Below, piece after piece: positions 1 to 15,424 of a stretch of 64,000 bases of DNA. Origin of the DNA: the human T2T-CHM13v2.0 reference genome, Homo sapiens. Position 1 is the stretch's first letter; every line of letters starts with the position of its first letter. The stretch lies in the NCBI RefSeq assembly GCF_009914755.1, contig NC_060944.1; one strand, written 5' to 3'. Under the pieces are notes generated by a model, which ran no database searches, was not told the DNA's origin, and saw nothing but the letters and a program-made list of their open reading frames with translations. A program made the position numbers and the translations under genes.

Positions 1-390
1 AAAATGTGGCACATATACACCATGGAATACTATGCAGCCATAAAAAAGGATGAGTTCATGTCCTTTGTAGGGACATGGATGAAGCTGGAAACCATCATTC
101 TCAGCAAACTCTCTCAAGGACAGAAAACCAAACACCGCATGTTCTCACTCATAGCTGGGAATTGAACAATGAGAACACATGGACACAGGAAGGGGAACAT
201 CACACACCAGGGACTGTTGTGGGGTGGGGGGAGGTTGGAGGGATAGCATTAGGAGATATACCTGTTAAATGACGAGTTAATGGGTGCAGCACACCAACAT
301 GGCACATGTATACATATGTAACAAACCTGCGCGTTGTGCACATGTACCCTAAAACTTAAAGTATATTAGAAAAAAAGAAGAAGAAGAAAA
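1..390 (+). mobile_element. LINE-1 3' end (L1PA4/5-like), cut by window start
   Basis: Canonical ORF2 end and 3'UTR (ggcacatatacaccatggaatac...G-rich tract...cctaaaacttaaagtata) followed by an A/GAA-rich tail. Confidence 0.95.
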
Positions 391-1107
391 AGTCTCCATG
401 AACAACCAATATGTGAGAACTTACATAGTCTGGAAAGTTCCAGAGTCATGTTGAGTAAATCTTCATAGCTCCTTCTGGAGACAGCCAAATGACAGACTTG
501 TTTCATATGAGGATGGTATTGTGGGAAAAAAATAGATGGATGCTGTAAAAAATACTTCTCAATTGGTTTTAGAATTTGAAAATTGTTTGGGACAGTTTTT
601 CTAGATAGTTTATTCCACTCACCCCATTGGCAAATAAGGTACGTGTCTAAGACATCAGTGAGAAGTGAGACGTCTTGGTCATGGCTGCAGACAGGTTTTG
701 ATGCCCCTTTTTGGCTTCCCATGATACCCTGAGCATGTTCCAGTCATTATATTTATCATAATGGTTTTAGTTGATTTATTGTTGTGTTTTCCCTGGACCA
801 TTAACTCTTTGGGAGGACAGAATTTAGCAGAGAGTAGGTATGCATAAATAAAGTTTACTGAATAAAGTAACATCATTGCTTTTAGTTCTCATAAGGGAAA
901 CAATATAACATTTAATCACTATGATCTAAGTATGATAGGAAAAGTAAAATTATTTCAGAAATGTTGGGGGCTTAAAACGTCAAGTCCACCTTAGTTACTA
1001 AGAATGGAAGCCCAGTGAGAAAAGGTTTTGTGGAAAGGGCCACATCTTGAAATGTGTTGAGTTGAACCTTGAGACTGTAGTAAAATCTTAGAAAGAACCT
1101 AAAAAAT

Positions 1108-1221
1108 TCTCTCTCTCTCTCTCTCCCTCCCTCCCTCTCCCTCTCTCTCTCCAGTCTCTCTCTCTCTCCCCGTCTCTCTCTTTCTCTCTCTCTCCCCCAT
1201 CTCTCTCTTTCTCTCTCCCCA

Positions 1222-1287
<66 letters not shown>

Positions 1288-1322
1288 TCTCTCTGTGTCC
1301 CTCCCTCTCTTCCCCTCTCCTG
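1108..1322. repeat. (TC)n / polypyrimidine microsatellite
   Basis: Long pure (tc)n core at about 1225-1285 with interrupted CT-rich flanks; source of the ERER ORFs. Confidence 0.97.
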
Positions 1323-1782
1323 GGCACATCTTCATTATTCTTTGGCTCACTGCAATCTACCGTTCTCTGAGGCCCGCATGAGGGAAAATGGCAGCTGATA
1401 CTTCCAGATTTCACACATAACAAAGCCATCCACTCAGAGATGCCCCCAGATCCCCGAGAAGAGATGCACTGCAGCCATCTGCGTTCAGATGCCCAATCCC
1501 AAACCAATCAACTTGGCTGTAGAAACAGAATCATGCTGCACACGTGACTGATATCCCAGCAATGAGGTGTGTAGAAAATTGGGGCGGGGCATGGGAAAAG
1601 GAAAAATCCTAGAAAGCTAATATAAGCAATATGTGGCAAAGGGAAGAAGAACAAGAGGCAGACTAATTTGTGTTGTGTGATTCCAAGTTAATTCCCTGCA
1701 AGTGTGTACAGATATGTGTGTATTTCAATACACAGAGAATACAAGTTGGCAACAACTTGTCAAATTTAAAGGAATTGAATAG

Positions 1783-2168
<386 letters not shown>

Positions 2169-2794
2169 CACATTTAAAATATTTTTTAAAAAAGAAAGGG
2201 TTTCTGAGTAGATCATCCAATAGTGATCTATCACATTCACACTTCTTCTCCATAGTTTACTCTTAATTAAAGTTTAAAAAGTGGCATTGATTGAACAGCA
2301 ATCTCCCTTTTTTGTTATACTGATCCGACTCTAAAAATCACTTACTCCAAGTTTAGAAAGATGCTCTGATATAGAAAGCCTCACAGTATACATTTAAGAA
2401 AAAAAATTCCATTGCAACTAGTAACACTGATGCATGCTGTCAAAATTTCTCGCTACATTTTATTCAACTTGGCTTTCTTTATATAGTATGTTAGCATCTA
2501 GGAAAGCCATAGCTCAGTGCTGGGTGTATGACATGTGCCTGGCCACTCGTGTTTATGTTGTGTAGATAAGAAGAGTCTAAATGTGGGGTCCAAACCAATG
2601 GCTACTTGTAAGAATCAGCTGGGATGCTTCTTTCCAACAGAGACTCTCTGGCCTTACTCTGAGATAATGGCTCTGCCCATGAACTGGGAAGGTTTACTTA
2701 ACCAGCACCCAGGTAAATCTGAAGCAGATGGTGTTTGACTTTGTAGATGCCATTGGCGTGATGCCACAAGAGTCCATTTGCATTCGGGTTTTTT

Positions 2795-3022
2795 AGCTCT
2801 ATGGTTAAAAACAGGGTGTTTAGAGTCAGCTCTACCTCCTACTAGCTTTATGACCATACAGCAAGTTACAAACCTTCCTTCATCCAAGAAAATTGCAATC
2901 ATGAAAATCATATTCAGTCCATAGCTTCTTGTGAGAACTGAGTGGGGAAATTTGGGCAGAGCATTTAGCTCTGCACCTGGCACACAGGAAAGGCTCAATT
3001 AAGGGTAGCAATTATTATCATT
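2795..3022 (+). mobile_element. MIR
   Basis: tggttaaa...gtgagaactgag...gcatttagc...cctggcacacagg...ctcaattaa...attattatc matches the MIR layout. Confidence 0.75.
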
Positions 3023-4699
3023 AATCTGTAGACTCTACTAATGACTAAAGGTGTCAAACCACCACACTCTAAACCAAGGCCCATTAACTATTGGCAAGCA
3101 ATGGCCCAACTTAACCTCACAGACATTATAATAGGGGAAAACGAAGTGTACCCAAGTGTGAGAGACAATCCAGGTTCAGATGCCCAGAAAATAATCACAC
3201 CCGAGTTTGCAGGGCCAGCCATTGCTGATAGATCAATGCTTATCATTATGCAGAGCTAAAGCTCTTGAATGAAGCGAAGACACCAGGCATGTTTGTGAGC
3301 TCCCTACAGGGGATGAACAACAGGTTTAATTTTATTTTTATTTCTTTCTTCCCATACTCTCAATCATTATGTCTCATCTGAAAGAAGCATTGAGTGGAAA
3401 TAGATGGATTCTTCAAAGTGGAAATTATACAGAAAGTCAAGAACAGCTGGTCAGAAACAGTCACCACAGAAACAGGAGTTCAGAAAGCCAGGTAGACACC
3501 AGAAAATAACACGGCAGTTGTTAAATATCCAGGAGCCAACACGGGCATCTTAGGAGCTAGTATGCCAACTATGGAGAGTCCTAGACACTTTTAACTTTCC
3601 TGACTTTAGCGCGTGTGGTTTGTGGGAAGAGAGAAAAATAGCTTCAGTCCAATAGGCAACTCTCCTCGCCAGGGCACTCAGTGAACATCTGTCCTTTGTA
3701 AGCGTGAGATGGGAAGTGCGGATCTGCTGTTGCTGCTCCATTCCTGCTGCCTCTCAGATATGAGCAGCTTGTGCCGTTGTGTGTGATTCTAGTGTTTAAA
3801 GGAAAGTATTTTCCTACAACATGACCACTAAAACAAGCCAACCACTTAATCTGATGTTCAGCTGAAGAAACAGCAATCTGTTTTGACACTGAAAGGAAAA
3901 CTGGCTGCGGTGAGCTCTCTGAGAGCTGGTGTACCAGACACCATGGTGAGAACTTCAAAAGGATTTTCAAGGTAAGTTTGACTCTAGGAAATTTTTTCCT
4001 TGCGTACTAATTTTAGAATCTAACCCTGGAATGCAATGCAACTACATTTGTTTGTTTTGTTTTGTCTTGTTTTGTTTGGGGTAACCTCAATTGCTGATAA
4101 TTTCTCCCACTGAATTCCCACCACTCATGTGAGAGGTAGATCTTGTTGCCACCATTTTACAGATAAGGAAATACAGCATCTGAAAAGCTGCTGCCAACAA
4201 ACGGGTTAGACTTCATGGCTGGACATCTGTCTTATATCCAAAGGTCTTTCCCTAGACAATATGAGAAAAGTTGAAACAAAAATGCAAGGAGCTCCTAGAA
4301 TGCTCAGAACTCATTATTTTGTAGTTGGTGACACCAAATTCAGAGGAGAAGCTGAGTGCATTCCAAGAAGAATTAATGTCAATAATGTGCAAGTGACAAA
4401 GTTCAGAGGAAGAAGACAGGCTTCATATCACAAAATTTTTAATAAAGGCTATTGACCATAAGCCAAGGTGGGGGAATATATGTTTTTATTACACTCACAT
4501 GTATACATATTAAAATATTTAATATACTAAATATAATTAGATTATAATTAGATTTGATATATTAAATGTAATGAGATTATAATTTGATGATAAGTGGTTA
4601 AATTCTCCTACGCTCTTCTCATGGTTTTATGTGCCTTTCATTCCTAGTGGTTACCAGAGTTGAGATGTTACATTTATTTGTCTTATTTGACTGAAAGAA

Positions 4700-4800
4700 T
4701 CTTCCCAGCCAATAATAAGCTCCATGAGGGCAGAGGTTGCCCAGGCTAGTCCCTGACACATGGTGCAGGTATATTAAGTGTTTGTTGAAGTAATGAATAC
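4700..4800 (+). mobile_element. L2 3' end fragment
   Basis: taagctccatgagggcag...tgtttgttgaa...gaat. Confidence 0.65.
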
Positions 4801-5756
4801 GGTGACACCGCATAGATTCTAACTTTGGGTACCCTTTTCGAGTGTATTTCCAATTTTAACTAGACGGTCTCAAAAATTTGCTTATGTTTTCTCTAATTCT
4901 CAGTAATTATTTATGATGCATAATAACCCATCCTTCTTTACTTGGAAATTTAATGCACTTCTGGAAAAACTGCTGTAAGTAGCCCTTCCTTTCCCTGGAT
5001 GCCCATTATCACAGCTGTTCCTTGTTTTCGCATTCCTCACACTGGGTTATGAGTATCTTAGCTTTGGCCAAGCTACCAGCTCAGCCACTTTCTTATCTAC
5101 CACTGGGGTTAGCAGAGTAGCTCCTCTTTGCTAGGTTGTAGGCTCCATAAAGCAAAAGCTGCCCTGCTTTGTCCTTTGCTGCTAATTGGGGAACGGGGGG
5201 ATTCCAGAAGCAAGCCTAATAGGGTGGGCCATGGCTTCGGAATCCACTAGCTTCCAGCTATTTTAGCTGGCCAAGAGCCTCCTGAATGACACACAATGCA
5301 CCAAGTAACTTGACTTTCTTGGCCATCTGTCTGTTGGCTAAATAACTACCTCTTGGATGGACCAAATCATCACTTATGCAGCTGGTGTTTGGCAATTGAC
5401 TGAGCTGAAGCCCTTCTGGGCTGGATCCAATATTCCCTTACTACACACACACAAAATGAATTTTATAGGGCTTTGTATGGGTTTGTAGTCTTCATAAGGC
5501 CAAATAGAGAAGAAAAACAAAATAATTGAGGAAAGAGATGGACTATGTTTTAGAGCTAATGGTTTTTAAGACCAGAGAAATTCTGCATTGCTCCCCTTTA
5601 TTGCTTTTATTTTACTTTATTTTATTCTTTTTCTTTTCACCTTTCCGTGATTCCTCTGCTTTATGTCTTCTTTTCTACCTCCTTCCTATTTTTCTCCCTA
5701 CAGTTCCCAGTTTTACACTCCAACTGATATTTAATTAGGACTTAGTATGTACTGGG

Positions 5757-6600
5757 TGAGCATAGCAAACTCAAATGCCATTGGGGACTATGGTGGGCAT
5801 CTGCTATCCTTTTGGTCACCCAATGTCAGAAACTCCTTCCTACGTCTGCAGATTCTTCCTGCTCATTAGACAGAGCCCATCTCTCACTAAAGAAGCATCA
5901 AGTACCAGATACTCATTTTCCAGCTTCTCTTGCCATAAGAGGACAAGCACATGACCCAAGCTCTGCAAATTGGACACAACCACCCCAGAGGTTGAATTAG
6001 AGGCCTGAGAGGTGGCAGGAACCTCACAGAAACCTTGCTAGGGAAGGTGGCAGCAGGTTTCGTGGTCTGGGACAGGCACCAGCATCAAGCATCCAGGGTG
6101 AGTGATACGGGTGCAGCAGGCTGTGAGGTCTGTGCTACGCAGCCAAACCATCCGTCTTGGTGAACCTGGTGCTGCAGCAGGAGCTGGGGTGTCATTCCTG
6201 TCTGCTTCACTGCAACCCAGTTCTCCAATGCTCTAAGATACTCTTGAACCACAGAATACACTTAAATAAATTCCCTTTCTACTGAAATTTGTCAGTCGAC
6301 TTTTGCTGCTTGCAAGTAAGAGTCCAGATGGATAATGAGGCCAAACAGGAGACACTAGTAGAAGACAACTGTGAAAAGATGGAGCAAGCATCTCTGCCTC
6401 ACCTCCAGCAGGCGGCTGCTGTTACACCCTGAACAGTGTGAATCCGGTAATGCCAGATACTTGGCTTTTCAATAGGAAAATAAATTCAGATTGTTTGCCA
6501 ACTTTTAGATGTCAGCAACTAATTCAAAAATTTTTGTGGGCTACCTTAAACATGATTTGGGGCTACATATAGCTCTAGGACTGCCAGTTTACCACCACTT
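5757..6600 (-). mobile_element. MER102-like hAT-Charlie MITE, split by LTR33
   Basis: Left end gcaaactcaaatgcc; right part gcaactaattcaaaaa...ctgccagtttaccacc match MER102 termini in antisense. Confidence 0.65.
5790..6335 (+). mobile_element. LTR33-like solo LTR (ERVL)
   Basis: t(a)tggtgggcatctg start; ttccagcttctcttgc...catgacccaagctctgc; aataaattccctt...tgctgcttgcaa end. Confidence 0.7.
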
Positions 6601-6694
6601 TAGGACTTGATTTTACTTTTAAAGAGCATTTCAGGAGACCTGTAACAGAGAGATTTCTTTGTAGTAACTTTTCTAGGTCTCATTTAAGCTCTCT

Positions 6695-6992
6695 ATTTTT
6701 TTTCTTTTTTTGAGACAGAATCTCACTCTGTCACCCAGGTTGGAGAGCAGTGGCATGATCTCAGCTCACTACAACCTCTGTCTCCCAAGTTCAAGTTGTC
6801 CTCCGCCTCAGCCTCCCGAGTAGCTGGGACTACAGGCGTGCACCACCATGCCCAGCTGATTTTTGTATTTTTAGTAGAGACGGGGTTTCACCATGTTGGC
6901 CAGGCCGGTCTCAAACTCCTGACCTCAAGTGATCCAATTGCCTTGGCCTCCCAAAGTGCTGCAATTACAGGCATAAGCCACTGCTCCCAGCC
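6695..6992 (-). mobile_element. AluS (Sx/Sz)
   Basis: Full-length antisense Alu with poly-T; degenerate TSD agctct..tttt. Confidence 0.93.
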
Positions 6993-7023
6993 TGAGCTCT
7001 ACATTTTACAATAACTCAGATAC

Positions 7024-7373
7024 TGTATTAATCCATTTTCATACTGCTATGAAGAAATAGCCAAGACTGGGTAATTTATAAAGAAAAAGAGGTTTAATGG
7101 ACTCACAGTTCCACACGGCTGGGAAGGCTTCACAATCATGGTGGAAGGCAAAAGAGGAGCAAAGGCACGTCTTACATGGTGGCAGGCAAGAGAGTGTTTG
7201 CAGGGGAACTGCCCTTTATAAAACCATGAGATCTCATTAGACTTATTCACTATCATGAGAACAGCATGGGAAAGACCCACCCCCACAATTCAATGACCTC
7301 CCACAATATGTAGGGATTATGAGCACTACAATTCAAGATGTGATTTAGGTGGGGACACAGCCAAACCCTATCA
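7024..7373 (-). mobile_element. THE1 (THE1C-like) solo LTR, ERVL-MaLR
   Basis: tgtattaatcc...ggggacacagccaaaccctatca with a perfect 5-bp TSD GATAC (7019-7023 / 7374-7378). Confidence 0.93.
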
Positions 7374-8005
7374 GATACCTTAAAGCTTTAATAGAAAATT
7401 GCTGGGTACTAGGATGGTCTGAATGGGAAACACCGTAAGTTAATAGCAAACTACCACAACTGCCCATACCCTCCTGGTCAAACCCACCCAGCCAATCAAA
7501 ATATTTGGAATTATGTCAAATCTCCAGCCTCAGATAGTGCCTCTGTCTCAGGGAAGCACCCAAATCATCTGGTTTTCCTGCTTCAATTTATGATGCTTGC
7601 TTTCTCCTAACCACAGGCCTTGCTTCATGTCACAACCTCACAAGTTGAAGTCTTAGGATGGTGCATCCCATCAGTGAGACCTATATCTAAGTGACAGCTG
7701 CAAGACAGGGTTTGAAAAGTGTGTTCCTGGCATTTTCAGCTGATAAAATGGAAGGTCATTCTTCCTCTCACCAAGACTCAACAGATGCGTAATTCCCCAA
7801 ACATAGAAAGGGCTTCTGATGCTGGTGGCCAAAAAGTAATGTCCATCTTCACTGCATATCTTTATTTGTACTTCTGTGGTACCCCTCTTCAGACAGGGCT
7901 CTGTTTTTTTTTTTTCTCAAGCCTGTTTCCCCTTCTACCTCCCCATTAACATAGGAAGAATCTGACAATATCTACCAAAAATAGACTATGATTTCTGTAG
8001 AATTA

Positions 8006-8350
<345 letters not shown>

Positions 8351-8432
8351 TCAATTTAATCTTTCTTTTAAGGCTCTATATTATTCTCATACCATTACAT
8401 CCTTCTTCTTTTACTAGTACATCCTGCTACCA

Positions 8433-8560
8433 CCAGTGGTTCCCAAAGTAGGTTCTTTATTAGGACAACCAAGGAAGCATTTAAAAAGTTATAAGCCCAG
8501 ACCTACTGAATTAAACATTCTAAGGAGGTCCTGGGATCTGTATTTTAAAGCTTCTTTGGT
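8433..8560. mobile_element. MER5-like hAT MITE fragment
   Basis: cagtggttcccaaagt...cccagacctactgaatt...ctgtattttaa. Confidence 0.6.
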
Positions 8561-9160
8561 GTGGAAATCTTTCCATTTTGAAGATGTGGATGGCTCCTTG
8601 GATAAAAATTAAGGTTTCTTAGTACAATGGACATCTTGTTTCTGCATGCAAGCACATGTCTCTCCATTGAAAAGCTACTCCCGTTTCACTCAAGTCTCAT
8701 GACTGACAGGGACAATGTTGATCATAGTACCCTCTTCCTGGTCCCAGGAATGAGCATGTGATCCTGGCCTAGCCAAGTCATATTGCCCCATCTTCTGGTC
8801 ATGGTGGTTGATCTAGAGGCGAGCACATCACTCAAGCAAAACCAGTCAAAGTTATTCTAGTAGGATTTTATATTTAGAGGCAGAAGAGAACAGATCCTGC
8901 CTTTGCCTTCAGGGCAGAAATTCAGGCCAGCAGATATAATTTTCTTTGTCAGGAGTATTAGAGAATGATGCCAAGATAAAGAAGGATGGATAAGAAACAG
9001 AGAGATAAAGGTGATACTTTTCTTACAATGCCTTTGCCCACTCATAGACAAAGCCCCCTCCATATCTGGACTTTGCCAAAAGGGAGCCCATACATCCTTT
9101 TTATATTTGAAGTGGTTCAAGTTGGATTTCTTCCCCTTGCAATCAAAACTTCTAGCCTAA
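8560..9160 (+). mobile_element. MLT1K/L-like MaLR LTR
   Basis: gcatgtgatcctggcctagccaa...gcacatcactcaagc; ends gttggatttctt..ttgcaatcaaaa. Confidence 0.55.
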
Positions 9161-10429
9161 AGGGGTGTGTTTTGTTTTGAAAAGAAAACTGAAAAAATAC
9201 AGGGACAAATGAATTTTCTGAATTTTGGTAAGGTGAATCAGCATAAAATGGGCATTTGCCTAATCACTTTTTAATATTCTCAGCTCTAACCAAAAGCATG
9301 GCTTGATTTAGCTCACAAGAAAGCATGAATAAAGAAGCCAGTCTGATTTGATGTAGTGACACGAAAGGACTGTGAAGGTTCAAAGTGACTTTTTCAGGCA
9401 ACCAAATGGGGACTTTGGACCAAATGAGCTGGGAACAAATGCCTTTCGTGAAGACAGTTTAAATAGTAAAATGTAAACAATAACAAGCCCAGCAAGTACT
9501 TTTGTTGCCCACATGGTTGACCAAAAAAATTAAATATATGCTACTAGTACCTCCAGTTCTGTGGTCCGGATTGGGCAGGCACAGAGAGGCAGCTAAGCTA
9601 CAAATACTGAAAGGAAGGCAGGATGTGTTTCATCACAGATGCGTGACGTAGATGGGACTTAAAGGTTTTATCCCAAAGCCCACCAATCCAGTGTTCCTAA
9701 AATTTCCTTAATAACAAGCTAGTGCCAAAGAAGCCAGATTCATGTGCAAGTAGTGATTGTACTTGGCTTGCCAAAGCCCCGTTAAAATAGCCTCTCAAAA
9801 ACACAAGTCCACATTGCTATGGAAACACTGTCATTCCAAACAAAAAAAATAACAGAAGTTATTCTCAAGTTCTGTGCAAACTGTTGGATCTGCATCTGTG
9901 TGAGCATGCATGTGTTTGTACACATACACACACATACACACACTCACACACACGTGCTGGAAAAAGCCAGCATATGCTCATCCTCTTGACTGCAGATTTG
10001 CATTAGAAGGCTTTTTCCAAAGGAAATGTTTGGAAATGTCTTCATAAAAAGGATCTACAGAAGTCATTTTGCTTTGGTCCTAGGCTAAGGAGATCTTGTT
10101 TGATAGATGAAACATGGAAAAGAGAAGTGTCATAAAGCTTTATTGCTCTTGTAGTTTCCCCTCCTGATTCCCTTTCCTGGGTTTTCAATACTTGCTTCAT
10201 CGCCTTGAACATCTCCTTCCTCTCAAGTGCTTGAAGTTTCCTTTCCTTTATTTCCCTTTGGTCAGAAAGTTCTGAAATTGTAACTTTCTTGGCAACCAAT
10301 AAGGCATCAGTATAATATTTTTGCAACACAGTCTATAATTCTATATTGAGAAGTCGGCAGAAACACACAAGATCTGCCTTATCTAGAAGTGGGAGTTCTT
10401 CGCTAATGACCTCCCAGAATTTCTTTTAG

Positions 10430-11145
10430 AAATCTGACAGCTTCCACTTCCACAGCATCTTCACCACCATCACTCTGGTCTAATCACCATCGTCTCCCAC
10501 CGAGGTCCTGAAGCATTTTCTAACCAGTCACTCTGAATCCAGGGACCCTCTTCTTTTCCAATCTCTCACTGAGGCCAGAATGATTTTTTTAAATTCAAAG
10601 ATGACCATATCATTCCCCTGGTGAAAAGGCTCATTAGTTTCCCATTCCCATCAAACCCAAAGTCCTTACTGTTCTATGACGTCCGCCTCGCCTTCCGCCC
10701 CAGCCTCAGCAGCACACAGTCCAGCCTCCTCTTTGTTTTCTGCTAGCCTCGCTCTAGCCACAGAATTCAAGTGTAGCCCTTCACATTTAGCCTTGACTGT
10801 TTCCATCTCAGGCCTGGGCATGCAGATTCCTCCGCCTAAAATGATTCCTCCCCACCCTTATCCCCACCTTGGCTCACTCCTGTATTTCTTCAGGGCTGCC
10901 TGAACACCACTCCGTCGTCGAGTCCTCACCCAGAATGTCCTGGCATGCCCTCACCTCCTAGACACACTATTTTTTTGTTAGTTATCACAATTACCATTAA
11001 CCAATATGTTGTCTTTTCTGATAGTTTATAAACTCCATGAGACCTATGATCATAACAGACTTGTTCAGACGTATAATTCCTATACCCAGCATGGTGCCTA
11101 GTACATAAGAAAAATTCAATATGTTTTGTGGAATGAATGGATGAA
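10430..11145 (+). mobile_element. L2 3' portion
   Basis: ccagaatgattttt...atcattcccctg...aaactccatgag...gtgcctagtacataag...gaatgaatggatgaa tail. Confidence 0.8.
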
Positions 11146-11727
11146 CTAGTTAATAGATCCTAGAAATTGGCACCCCAGACCGTAAATCACTTAAGGAAGA
11201 ATCTCTTGGCTGTTCTGCCTGTTGTGTTGTAGAGTGTAGTGCACAAGTATAAATCTGCATGATGGTAAGTGTCCTAAGCCAGATCTCTGCTAAAATGTAA
11301 ATGTCTTTTAAGTCCCAACTTAAAAACCGTCCAAGCCTCTGCCCTCAAGGTGGTGGCAGGAAAAGGTAGGCAGTGAGAATAAGCAAGGAGGAGAAGTTAT
11401 CTTGGGAAATGGACTTTAGAACTGAGAATGAAAGATTCCAGGAGCCACTCAGGAGTTGTTGCCCAAGAAAGTCTGAAGAATCCTGCTCAGGTTAGAAAGC
11501 AAACTTGACCTTAATAAGGGAAGCTAAGGTCATGGAAGAAGGATCACAGGGCATGGCTTCAATACAAGATCAGGGATTCAATGGGAGAATAGGGCAACAA
11601 ACGTAGTCCATTCATAAGGGGAGAAGATCTTTGTGACAGGCAGGTGAGAAATGACTCCAGGAATGGAGAGTATTGAAACTTGGGCATGGTATTCACTCAG
11701 ATCCCAGAACATGCTTTGGGGACTTAA

Positions 11728-12044
<317 letters not shown>

Positions 12045-14084
12045 TCGAGGTGGTTTTCTTGATTCCTTCAGCCAGAATTCATCTCTCCTACTCCACTGGC
12101 TGACAGCAACTGCAAGCACCTCTTCTACTGCACTCAGCACATTCTGCCCCAGGTTTGAGTTATCTCTTGGGTCTTCCTGGCTAACCCAGGAGCACTGCTG
12201 AGGCCCTCTTCATCACATCTGTATCTCCTCCCTATCACAAGAAGCTCAGTGTTTGACACATGGAAAATTGAATCTGAATCTCTCACATGGAATTCATCGA
12301 GTGGTTGTATAAGAGACTTGTACCAATAATTTATAAATTGCAACATGCTCTACAAATGCATGTATCACCTGTATATCCCAAGGCTGTATGTTATTTAATA
12401 TCAAACTCCCACATAGTTAGATGAGAAGAAAGTCTATTCTTTCTCTCTTTCCCTTGGAGGTCCCTCTATGGTATGTTCAGGAATTCTAGGAGGATTTGTC
12501 CAGTTTGAAGGGTCCATTCTGTGGACAAGCTTGTTGTGGAAAACGCTTCCACAGTTGGACAGTCCAGATAGCCAAAAGCCCAGGGCTTTGGCAACTGTTA
12601 CCCAAGAACCAGTGCTTTTGATGGAATCTTGCTCTTCTCCTGTTACTGCCATTGTGGTTGATCCTCATGCTGGTTCCTCAGGGTGCAGAGGAGCAGGCAC
12701 CTTTCTTGTAGTTCTTACTATAGCCATGAATATACCTTACCAAAAACAGCCCAGACCCTCAAACTCAACTCATTCATCTGTTCTTTCTGCTTAGATACAC
12801 AGAGCTATTTCCTCCTAAGACACAGGGTCAAAAAGAGTTTCACTATCATCCACTTAACATCCCCAAAACTTAGGTTTGAGTCAGGTCAAGGTCACCATTT
12901 CAAATTCCCTCTTTTCTAATGTGAATTTTATCTATGGGACCTTTTGTCCTATCTACCACCCAGTCTTGATCAAGGCCACACAGCATTATGGCAAATGTTT
13001 CAATAATTTTAAACTACAAGTAAAGGAGTCAAATGGGCAAATGTTTTTATGAATATCCTCTCAGAATGCCCCCATGGTCTTAGGCATATTGCTGTAACAC
13101 CTCCCCATAAACCTCAAAGTTGCAGTGACAATGAAGTCCACACGTTCCATGAAACCCTCATTCCAGAACAATGGTTCAGTGTTTGTTTTTCATTTGTGTA
13201 ATGAAAGAGCTCAATCTACTATTTTTCAAGATATAAAGAAGGAGTCTTCCAAAGGAGTAATAAAGGCTTCTGTCACTAGAAAAAAATGTATACCTCACTT
13301 TTTAATCATTGGTTCTCCAACTTTATGAATAAGTAAAGTCCCACCTCTACCAAGTACTTTATTGTATATGTTGCTAACATTCTGGAGATATTTTCATTTC
13401 GGTAGACACATAATGTACATTGAATTAATGAAAATGAAATGACAATGTTTATTAAAACAGAGATGTGATTGGTTTGGGGCCCACATAATTCACTTTAGAG
13501 CATCCATTCATTCAAGCTACATAGTCAACATTTGCCCTTTATTTATTTAGCAACTATCAGGTATCACAGCATGCCCCGCACTCTGGCCTCCTGAAGTCTG
13601 TTCTCATTGTCAACAAAGAGTGTGTTTTAAAAACCAAATACTATCGTGCTCTTACCCTGTGCAGAACCATGCCACAGTTCCCATTTCTTTTAGAAGAAAG
13701 CCCTGGCCCCACCTCTCCAAGGCTTTGCAGAGCTGGCTCCTGCCCTCCTCTCCATTCTTGTGCTGAACCACATGGCCCTTCAGTCACATGTGGCCTTCCC
13801 TGAGGTCCCCACGTGAGCCATGTCCCTTGTTGCCACAGGAACTTCACATGAAATAATTCCTCATCCTAGCCATCTCCCGCCTCATGTAGTTAAATCACCT
13901 TCATTCTTCACAGGGCTGCTGTCCAGCAGAACTTTCTGGGATGATGGGAATGCTCTAGATCTGCCTCACCCAATACAGCAGCCAGAAGCCAACAGTGGCT
14001 ACTGAGGACTTGAGATGTGTCTAGTGTGATGAAGTACTGGAATTTAAAAGTTTATTTCACTTTAGTAAATGTCAATACCAATAA

Positions 14085-15166
<1,082 letters not shown>

Positions 15167-15249
15167 CACCCACATCTGGCTGCCATATTGGATGGTGCAG
15201 CTCTAGAATTCAGTTTAAAAATCTTTCCTCACCCTTTTAGTTGAGGTAG

Positions 15250-15424
<175 letters not shown>

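Noticed and set aside
1088-1507. ORFs rich in ERERER
   Set aside because: Translation of the (TC)n microsatellite.
1741-1760. Perfect 8-bp hairpin with a GCAA tetraloop
   Set aside because: About one such stem is expected by chance in 64 kb.
12434-12794. Overlapping ORFs on both strands in unassigned sequence
   Set aside because: No recognisable protein or repeat family and no clear splice signals.
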